From Amoebophrya sp. A120 (Eukaryota; Protista; Dinoflagellata): a DNA stretch of 64,000 nucleotides. The stretch spans positions 820,009 to 884,008 of the forward strand of contig CAJINV010000010.1 of assembly GCA_905178155.1 (NCBI GenBank), in the 5' to 3' direction. Within the stretch, counting starts at the first letter, position 1. The number at the start of each line of letters is the position of its first letter. The translations under genes and the position numbers were made by a program. This document shows, piece after piece, positions 55,322 through 64,000 of the stretch. The notes beneath the pieces are model-generated. The model made no database searches and was not told where the DNA came from. It saw only the letters and a list, made by a program, of their open reading frames with translations.

Positions 55322-58319
55322 GGCCAAATAAGCAGAGCACCACCGTGATTCACCTAATTTCCTAGAAGGGATTGCAGATCTGTCCAGTTAAGTATAGAGA
55401 AGGCGGAAGCGCTTCCGAAATGCGAAACACGAAAAGCGAAAAACCAAGGGAGGGCAGTAGAGAGCCAGGAGAGTAAGAAAAGAGAGAGCGGAGGCGCCTC
55501 CGAAATGCGAAACGCGAAAAACCAAAGGGGGGCCGTGGAGAGTTAATAGAGTAGGAAGAAGAGAGAGAGAGAGAGAGAGAGAGAGTGGAAGCGCCTCCGA
55601 AATGCGAAACGCGAAAAGCGCCAAGCCAATGCCAAAGCGGCGCCGTGGCTAATCAGTAGCGTAGAAAGAGGGACAGCGGAAGTGCCTCCGAGGCGCGAAA
55701 CGCGAAAAACAACAAAGCGGCCGGGGCGGGTTCCATGATGGTGAGTAGAGTAAGAAGAGAGAAAACAAAGCGGAAGCGCCTCCGAATGCCAAGCGCGAAA
55801 AGCGGCGAGAAAAGAAGGCAGGCCCCTCGTCCCTTACTAAGTAGAGACATTGGCGCCGCTCCGCTTTGAGCGTTGGTTCCGCTGGCCCCCCCTCCCCCCC
55901 GCACTACCTAGCAACATACGCGAGCTTTCGCATTTATGCGCATGGAGCCGCGTGCGTCCAGTTCTAAGAGGCCGGGGGCCGGGGGGGTTGGCTCTTGGTT
56001 TTGATATTGTCGCCCGGCACGCGGCTCGCACGTACGCCCACGCACAGCAGACCGACGCTGACCACCCTCCCGCCCGTCGGTCTTACTTTTGGCCGGGCGA
56101 GAGGCCGGGAGAGCGCGCGGAAAGCGGAGGCATGGATCCCAGTCGCAGCGTTTGGCCCGTGCCGCGCCTGCAAAATGGCGCGGCGGGCCCTTGGCCGGTC
56201 GCACCAGCCGCAGCCCCAGAGGGGGCTGGCACCCTGCAGCGTAGGCCGGAGGCGAAAAAGTTGGGCACTCATGCGAGGGCGCTTCTGTTTGTGTGCGTGT
56301 GTGTGTGTGTCACGCCATGAATATCGCGAGAAGCTTCCCGGCTGGCGCACCACTGTAGCAGGGCGCAGCGATGGGCGCCTCGGAGAGCCGTCGGACGGCG
56401 CCAGGCCCCCCACCGTGTTCGAGGCGCGAGCGGCAGCACAAAACCGCGCGGGCAGCTTCGCGGGAAGATCCGGGCCATAGCAACAAAGAAACTAACCCCG
56501 CCCACCAGCGCCAACGAAGTGCATCAGGCTGGCGCTGGTGGCTCGCTCGTGGCTCGAGAATGAAAGCGCGCGCGTTCTTCTCCACCAATGGAAGCAAATC
56601 CGCGCGAATTAGCGCGCAAGAAAAATGACGAGAAGGGGGCGACCTTGTCCACCGCAACAAGCAGCCCCATCTATAAGCGCAAGCGAATTAGATGAGTAGA
56701 GAGCCTGCTCGTGGTTCGAAGAAAAGAGCGCAGGCCCCTCGTCAATAGATGAGGGGCCTGCCCTTGGCGCCATCGTGCTCGAAAGCGGTGGCGCCGCAAA
56801 GTTAGCGCTGCCTTGCCCATGGCAACAGGCCTAGCCCTTCTTTGAGCGAGATCGAAGGAGATCGACGAACGAAAGCGCGCGCGTTCTTCTCCACCAATGG
56901 AAGCAAATCCATGCGAGTCAGCGCGCTGGGAAAATGACGAGAAGCCGGCGACCTTGTCCACCGCAGCAAGCAACCCCATCTAAAAGCGCAAACGAATTAG
57001 ATGAGAAGAGAGCCTGCTCGTGGTTCAAAGAAAAGAGCGCAGGCCCCTCGTCAATAGATGAGGGGCCTGCCCTGGGCGCCATCGTGCTCGAAGCGAAGCG
57101 GTGGCGTCGCAAAGTTAGCGCTACCGTGGCCAGGGCAACAGCGCTAGCCCTTCTCTGAGCGAGATCGAAGGAGGTCGAGAAGGCCGCGCGTGGCTCGAGA
57201 AAGTAAACGCGCGCAGCCTTCTCACCATCCAACAGAAGGAAACACGCAAGCCCCTGCGCTTCGTTGTGCTTGGAAATGATGAAAGGGGAGGGCCATGAGC
57301 GGAGGCCCTTGCGCTGCTAACCCAAACCATCTGCGCCCCGGGGGGCCAAGGTCGGCGCATGGCTTCGGTCAGCAGCGGTAGAAGCTTTCAACCCGCTTCG
57401 TCTTCTCCGTGCTGTAGGTGTGTCGACATCGCGATGCATTTGCGCTATATACCCCACTCAATATCTTTCCGACAGGTATAGATCCGCCCCGCACATTGGT
57501 CCGGGTCCTAGTCGCGCTCGCATTCTTTGCGTAGAGGTAGCTAGGCCCTATCCTCTCATCCTAGATTTTGAGCCATTGCCGCGCTAGATGTTCCAGCACG
57601 CGCGCCCACGCAGGAAGCCAAGTCTGAAGACAAGCGGGCGCATACGCGAGGAGGCTTCCCATAGGAGTGATATTTTTGCCCAAGTTAGTAAGCAGGGGGC
57701 GGTCTTGCCCGCATGCGTTTCAGACGCCCTCCGCGAGGCGCCCGCGGAGCAAAATCCGGCCCCTGAAAACGTTCGCGCACGCGCCCGCGGTCCGCACTGG
57801 CCTGGGTTTGCGTGTGGATGGAACAAAGCCAGCCGGCTGCTCCCGTTTTTCGCGTTTCGCATTTCGGGGGCGGCTTTCGTTTCTCTCTATCTCCCTCGCT
57901 AATGATTTCCCCGGTCGCTTTCTTCGCTTTTCGCGCTTCGCTTTTCGTGGGTCGCTTCCGCTTTTTCTCTGCTTACTCTGTTCATTGTCTTGGGGCCCTT
58001 TTCTTTTTCGCTTTTCGCGTTTCGCATTTCGGGAGCCGCCTCCCCCTTCTCTTTGCTTAGTATATTAATTATGTTAGGGATAGGCTTTGCATTTTTTTCG
58101 CTTTTCGTGTTTCGCAATTCAAGCAAGGGGGCCAGCTTCCTTCACAATTTACACAACACACATACCCCAAAAACGCCTCTCATGCTATCGCTTTCTTCTA
58201 TTTTCTGTGTTCCGAAGGGATCCGCCTACTCACCAAATCACGATGGGAATCCAAGTCGTTGCACTTGTTGCAGGTGAAAAAATGGTAGGTGTTTCGCTTG
58301 GAGTTCTGCTTATTTGGCC
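55322..58319. mobile_element. ~3-kb intergenic non-autonomous foldback/TIR element
   Basis: Perfect 15-bp inverted ends ggccaaataagcaga / tctgcttatttggcc; subterminal ccgaaatgcgaaacgcgaaaa repeats on the left, inverted on the right; internal ~310-bp tandem duplication at 56560-57180; no transposase ORF. Confidence 0.75.
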
Positions 58320-58600
58320 GCGTGCCAACATCAATATCCATTCGTCCTCTACCGCGTTAATTAAAAGCGTACAACCGTCTCAGCCCCCTCATCTCGTGCA
58401 CGCTTTTGAAGAGTGTTGCAAAATAATAAAGCGATATGACAAAAGCGCGTTTCTTACCTGAGAACAAATTGCAGAGCAGGGCGGGAAAAGCGACGAACAT
58501 TTAAGTGAATCAAGATTCTGTTTGCACAACAGAGACTTTTTGAAGCGCAGGTTGTCGTTGTAACCGCATTTAATTACTTACGCACATAAGCGCAAAGACA

Positions 58601-61600
58601 ATGCCCTCCGCCGTGTCGAAAGGTGCCGAGGTCAGCGGCGCGGATTGGTGGAACGATTCCTGCAGTTCCGCGGAATTGAACGAAGCTGTCTCCAAAGGCG
58701 CGGTTGGATCCACGTCCAACCCGGTGATCTTGGTGCAAGTTTTGAATGCGGAGAAGGAGAAATGGGTGCCGAAAATCGACGAACTGATTATAACGTGCTC
58801 AGGTGTTACAATCTGAAGCGTCACAATAGAATACGGAAATCTGTGATGCGAGAGGTGTATTATCTAGCCAGCTCTCATAGGATTGCGCATGACATCAAGT
58901 TCAGGAGTCCCAAACCCCACTACAATCTGGCGAAATTTGTATATGCATAAAGTGGAACGCTCTGCGAGTCTGTCATGCTCATCATGCAAGACAGATCTCA
59001 GACTCTATTGCAACGTTTAAGATTGTAACACCTGAGCGGGTTATACTGATCTCCAAGTTCCCCTCGGACACGGAGGCGGAGATCGCGGACCGGGTATATC
59101 ACAGTGAAAAATGCCCCCCACCCCTGAAATTGCAACAATTTGTGATGCGAAGTTTCCAAATGAAAGCTTTTTGTCATGCATGAAAGGAGTAAGAATCTTT
59201 CTGATGCAGATTCTAGTCGTGTTTCGCATCGCTTGCATGACAAGCACCGCTCTTGCTGGGATCTTTTGCAATACAAATTTTTGCTATTCACGATCGGAAA
59301 TCTGCGATGCTGATACACGCAAGAGGGCGAATGTTTCATTTGGAAAGATTTGCAATACAAATGCTTTCAAGTTCGGGGGTGGGGGCATTTTTCATTGTAA
59401 TAGGGTAAATGAGATGGTGGTGGCCGAGGCGTGCGAAATCCTGAAGCCGGTGCACAAAAGGGAGAATGGTACGGTGACTGTATGCGATGAAACAAAAATG
59501 AGCGGTTTTTTATTGTGTAACTTTGTGATGGACATCTACTGATACTCGCAAGAAGGACGATAAGCGTCTGTCATGCTGGTCATGCGCAATCACCTGTTGT
59601 AGTGCTGCTCGTTCAAGCTCGTTTCCACATACTATCTGCGACTATCAGGCAAGAAGGGCTACCTGTCAGCGCAGGTGAATCCACAGCTTTACCGCAGCAC
59701 GGAAAAGATGGTGGAACAGGGCGTCTTTCTCGCGAACGCGGGGGGAGCAGATACCAACGTGATGATAAAGGCGCCCGCTTTGCCGGCAGGTATAATTTGT
59801 AGGTCTGGCTGGATAAAAATAGAGTTTGTGACTGTGACATTCGTATTTCTTGTCTTGGGAAGTAGCGAAGCAGTTGCTGGCAGACGGCACATCTGTTTTG
59901 CATCACGGCGAGGTCGTCGTGGGAGATGATGGTCTATTCGGAAGAGAAAAATATCCTTATTTGTCTCAAAAAGGTCTTGCCGCAATGGAGGAGCTGACGT
60001 ACAAGGGCATTTCCATCAATGCATATCGCACTGAAAAATCCACACTCCTCCCCGTACTCAAAGTGGAATTTGTGTTGCATGATTTGTGATCACAAATCGC
60101 GTCGTCATGCTAGAAGGGAAGGGATGCGGACTGTAGTGCTGGCTGGCGCGGGTAAGCCTTGCATCGTCAGCATGACAGGAACCAACTGCATTGTCCAGAA
60201 CAGCATGACAAAGTGCCTAAAGTAGATAGGCCGCGGGAGGTGTGTCTCTTCACCTTCCAGAAAAAATACAGGTAGATTCGTGTACACAAATCGCGCATCA
60301 GAAATCTCCTTTTGATATCATGGGGAGGGGTTATTTCGATTTTTCCTCACGATAATGCAACGGTGTCTTTCACGGTGTCGCAATATCCAAGAAAAAAACA
60401 TTGTAGGTGTAACTTTTTTGGAGGAACAGCATTACAAATTTGTCTGGCATGACAGCAGACACCTGTCATGCGCAGATAGTACGTGAAAACGCCCTTCAAC
60501 GGACCCGACGATGCATGCCAAGCATGACAGACGCAATCACTTTGCATGTTGCGCGTCACAAATTTACACTAACAGCGTTTTTTTCTTGGATACGCAAGCA
60601 GTGAAGGCTGCCGAAGCTGTGGAGCGGGGCCTCAAGAGGCGAGAGGTATACATAGATGAATAGATACGACTGTACTTCTTTACGTGATAATGGCGTACTT
60701 AACATTTGAGTTTGACCCGTTCATTTCGTTGTTGTCATGCACAAAGTATTGACTAGGAGGTGTCCGTGTCATGCAGAAGGAGCAACTTTTCAAGTTCAAA
60801 CCAACGATCAGGCGGAAGGCCTCCCAGTCGACAAAATGGGTCCAGTGATCACGGTATGCATTGCAAATATGTCTGGGTCTGGAAGATCTTGAGGTTTGTC
60901 ATGCTTGTCTGGCATGACCAAAAAGTTTGTCATGCGTGTCCAAGAAGAGACCCTTTTGCCTGTCATGCAAAAACGCAGTTTGTCATGCGAAAAACGCAAC
61001 ACAAAGAAGCGCAGATATTTCTCACGCTTGCCTGTTCATTACAGAGCATTCACTATTCCCAACGCAGCATTACAAGTTTCCAGACCCAGACATTTTTGCA
61101 GTTGATACACGGTCATGGTTGGCAGGGTATCACACAGAAAAAAGCAGGCAGGTCATATTTGTAATGCCAAGATAAATACACAAACATACCCTAAGCGCCA
61201 TGATATGGGGTCGCCCTTGACAATTTGTTCTGTGTATGTATTTTTGCATTACAAATGTGCCTTGCTTCTAGTAGCTTTTTCCTCTGGGATACAGGGTCGA
61301 CGACGCGCTGCGAAAATTTGTCGACTATCCTGAGCAAAAACGTTTCTACACCAGAGTTGGTGTGATGCGGATTTCCAATTTATAGGAACGTGTGTAATAA
61401 ATTCGCATGTTGCCCATGAAGATGTTTTGGATTTGTAATGCTGTCAACAGGATGTTACTTAGATACGTGGATTTGGTTTCCTTATGCGGTTGTTCGTTTG
61501 GTAAACTATGATAATACAGAGAGGAAGTTATCATGTGTGGCTTCCAAAGCTTCTGGATTTGTGTTGCTACTTAAGATTATTCCACCTTGGACGTCGACCT

Positions 61601-63701
61601 TTTTGCTGAGGATATCAACTCGAAGAAAGTCACCTGCGACCCGGGGCACCTGAACTGGGGCGGCTATTGAGAGGAAAAATCCCCCCTCCCCATATTGAAA
61701 AGGTATGTTTCCAAAAATTTGTGTTGCGGATTTGAGGTCACAAAGCACATCTGTCTTGCAAAAAGACAAGGGCAGAAGCTTCCGCCTCATTATGGAAGCG
61801 ATTTGTCATGCTGTTGAGCCTCAAGGGGAGCCGTTTGCCATGCTGAGCAACTAGACCCATAAGCCCCTACCTAGCCTGGGGATCTGGCCGCCGTGCCTCT
61901 CCGCAGTACAAAGCTGATCTGTGGCCACAAATCAGCATCACAAATTTCCGTTTTGAGATGGGGAGGGGGGATTTTTCATTTTGATAGCGGCGCGGCGGTG
62001 TTCAAGAAGGTGTGGAAGCTGTTCAAGGAGAAGAATTTACGTGCGACACCATTGGTAAGGGAGTGTCAGGATTGAAATCGTCAAAGTTGAAATAGTTTGT
62101 CATGCATAAAATCGATACCGGTTGGAAGCCCAATTTCCAAGCGGTGCATGACAAATCTCGGCACCGTCTGAATCCAGTTGGTCATGCTGTTTGGGGCCCC
62201 CAGAAGGCGTCTTTTGTCATGCTACTTTAGCAGCTCTATCGCAGTAGACCCCAAACAGGCTGACAGCCGGCCTCACTTGCCATCCCTGCAAGAGAGGCAC
62301 TTCGTGCCTTGCAATTTATGCATGAGAAATTATTTCAACTTTGTCGATTTCAGTCCTGACGCTTGCATAACTGGCCGCAGCCTACCGCTGCGTGTTCCAC
62401 TGGTCCGAAATTTTGGGCGAGAACGTGGTAAGTTGCAAAAAATCTTCGTAGAGGGAGGATTCTGACGAGGCTGATCTTCTTCCTAATGAACTATCGTGTA
62501 CTAATATTTAGCACACAAGATTTAGACTTTGATTACAGTCAGCAGGCACGACGTCGAGCGACGATTGGTTGAAATAAAGGTGGACGTTTTTTGGCTTGCT
62601 GTGCTATAATGCCAGTGGAAAGTTCAGTGTGCATCATGATTTAAAGTTTGAAATTAGAAGTACACGTAAAACTTCTACGCCAGGTATCACAGGAAAAAAG
62701 TCGTTTTACAGTTACACATTTGTAGGGAATTCAGCTCCAGCATCACAAAGTCGCTCGACATGGCAAGGAAAACCTGTGATGCGCAGACTATAAGGGAAAA
62801 CGCGAATGAAAAGAGGCTGGCAAGCATTTCCAGCATCACAGAGGTTGTCTGTCTTGCTCGTCTTCCATCAGAGTGTGTAACTGTAACACTTTTTTCACAG
62901 GATACCAGGTTACCTCCATGCCCTACCGTTGGTGGAAGCAGTTTGACGAGTCCGATGTCGATTATGGAATAAAGGCCGCAAAATTGGTTTCTTCCGCCAC
63001 GACCTAAAGAAGGGAGCACATCACATGTCGGTTTCATTTTCCGCCGCAGAAGAAGAAGAAGAAGAAGTGGCTTTTCTTGCAGAAGACAAGACAGAGTTCT
63101 GCTTCTGTCCTCTACTGCTGTGTTTATTGTTCGCAATAGTGCATGATGTAGTGGCTGCAAAAAGGAACAACCAAGTTGCTTTATCTGTTCCATAGCCCGC
63201 CTCGCCGCTCTATCGAGGAGGACGTGCCTTCGGAGGTGATGCAGACGCTCACTAAACTCCCCCTGTTCGGCCAGTTCTACGACGAGAATTTACCGGAGTC
63301 GGAGTTCTACGCATTGCAAATATGTCTGGGCGGTCTACTGGAAGGATGCAAACTTGTAATGCAGATTCTGGGACGGACAAAAATCTGCGTTGCGTGGTCT
63401 GCAAATAAACATGTCGGATTTTCGTCTCCGGGAGTAGAGGGCATTTCTCATGCAGACTAGGCATGCGTTTGCGTATGCCTTGGAAGAGTTATTTGTCATG
63501 CTCTGTGTGCAGCATAATTCCAGAACAGCACCTTGCATATGCAAAAGCTGCATGGCAAATGTGTGATTTCTTCCAGCAGACACAGACATATTTGCGATGC
63601 ATAAGTTCATGAAGCTGCAGCCGACAAAGGACACGCTGACCCAGTTTCTCACCGCGCGCGACGATTTGTTGAAGATTGTGCGGGTACGATTTTTGGCATA
63701 A
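58601..63701 (+). CDS. tal: Transaldolase (~353 aa), bacterial WNDS/TSNP type
   Basis: 16 exons give WWNDSC..GSTSNPVI..GYLSAQVNP..NVMIKAPALPAG (Schiff-base Lys)..GISINATVSFTVSQ..VMVGRVDD..LAAAYR..HWSE. 12 introner-type elements plus GT-AG introns 59469-59648, 59790-59973, 60646-60811 and 62428-62908. Confidence 0.92.
58789..59045. mobile_element. Introner, family H
   Basis: TSD ctgat/ctgat. Confidence 0.92.
59097..59402. mobile_element. Introner, family G (reverse orientation of 20979-21286)
   Basis: TSD gggta/gggta. Confidence 0.92.
60024..60354. mobile_element. Introner, family F
   Basis: TSD atgca/atgca. Confidence 0.88.
60384..60592. mobile_element. Introner, family E (intact counterpart of 23261-27353)
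   Basis: TSD cgcaa/cgcaa. Confidence 0.92.
60855..61107. mobile_element. Introner, family A
   Basis: TSD cacgg/cacgg. Confidence 0.92.
61128..61291. mobile_element. Introner, family I
   Basis: TSD caggg/caggg. Confidence 0.9.
61326..61614. mobile_element. Introner, family D
   Basis: TSD tcgac/tcaac. Confidence 0.88.
61665..61986. mobile_element. Introner, family F
   Basis: TSD gcggc/gcggc. Confidence 0.92.
62056..62369. mobile_element. Introner, family C (left end mutated to TAA, creating GTAAGG)
   Basis: TSD attgg/actgg. Confidence 0.88.
62685..62904. mobile_element. Introner, family J, inserted at a canonical 3' splice site
   Basis: TSD ccagg/ccagg. Confidence 0.88.
62963..63194. mobile_element. 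Degenerate introner
   Basis: Ends tatggaa / ttccata; TSD eroded; removing the element plus 5 nt restores frame. Confidence 0.6.
63308..63603. mobile_element. Introner, family A (diverged)
   Basis: TSD agttc/agttc; left end TAC. Confidence 0.88.
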
Positions 63702-64000
63702 GGAGATCTGGTGACGGAAAAATCTTCCCGGTGAAGAAAGGGAAACATAATGAAGGAACAGATAAAAGTACTAGCTGCTGATAGGGACGAGAACGAAGTA
63801 GGAACAAGGAATAAAGCGATTATCTGGTAACCAAATGCGTGCGCGCGCGCGCGCAGAGCGCGCGCCGGCCCACGAAGCCGGCGCGCGCGCTCTGCGCGCT
63901 TGCGATATTGCTTAGCAAACGCAGCGCGAAGGCAGTTGCCGTTACCATATAGGGCAACCGCCGGGAGGCGTGAAGGTCAGGGAAATGGCCAGAAATGAAG

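Larger units (their letters stand above)
45050..55585 (+). repeat. Near-perfect 5.29-kb tandem duplication (~45050-50292 and 50294-~55585) across a single N; probable assembly artefact
   Basis: Identical ORF track at offset 5289; both ends fall in microsatellites; N at 50293. The copy repeats the last exons and 7 introners of the large gene. Confidence 0.9.

Noticed and set aside
45050-55585. 5.3-kb tandem duplication as a real segmental duplication
   Set aside because: The copies are essentially identical, meet at a lone N and end in microsatellites, which is typical of unmerged contig overlap. Read depth or long reads would settle it.
55653-57902. GC-rich ORFs inside the foldback element
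   Set aside because: Overlapping Arg/Ala/Pro-rich frames with no recognisable motifs, as expected by chance in GC-rich repeats.
260-63603. CRISPR-like or integron-like array of repeats and spacers
   Set aside because: The repeats are inverted element ends with TSDs and the spacers are in-frame exons; no cas or integrase genes; eukaryotic context.
348-63748. Many short ORFs with recurring peptides (PDPDIFAF, MSGSG, FVMQ, HDK)
   Set aside because: They are translations of introner TIRs and the TGTCATGC motif, not a protein family.

Overview
Eukaryotic genomic DNA. Its features match what is known for the syndinean (parasitic dinoflagellate) genus Amoebophrya; this is an inference from gene structure, not a database hit. 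Seven host genes, all on the + strand, can be rebuilt by hand: a partial GPI-type surface protein, an OMS1/METTL7-like SAM methyltransferase, a BMT5-like (DUF2431) plus C2H2 protein, an acidic-repeat/poly-Arg/cationic-helix protein, a SAP-domain Tho1/SARNP homologue, a ~2,400-aa unknown protein and a bacterial-type transaldolase. They are interrupted by about 74 short (mostly 145-400 bp) MITE-like elements from at least 11 TIR families. Nearly all start TAT, end ATA and sit in a 5-bp direct repeat. Removing an element plus one repeat copy restores the reading frame at almost every junction, so they behave as non-canonical, transposon-derived introns (introners) and work in either orientation. 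Five introners carry nested cargo: a 3.9-kb element with an intronless Helitron-type Pif1 helicase, a 1.4-kb insertion with a 17-bp TSD, a (TTCAA)n-tailed retro-element in two places, a possible spliced-leader-bearing retro-copy, and a second MITE. There are also two related long foldback elements. The 5.3-kb tandem duplication across the single N at 50293 is most likely an assembly artefact. No rRNA, tRNA, CRISPR array or transposase ORF was recognised.
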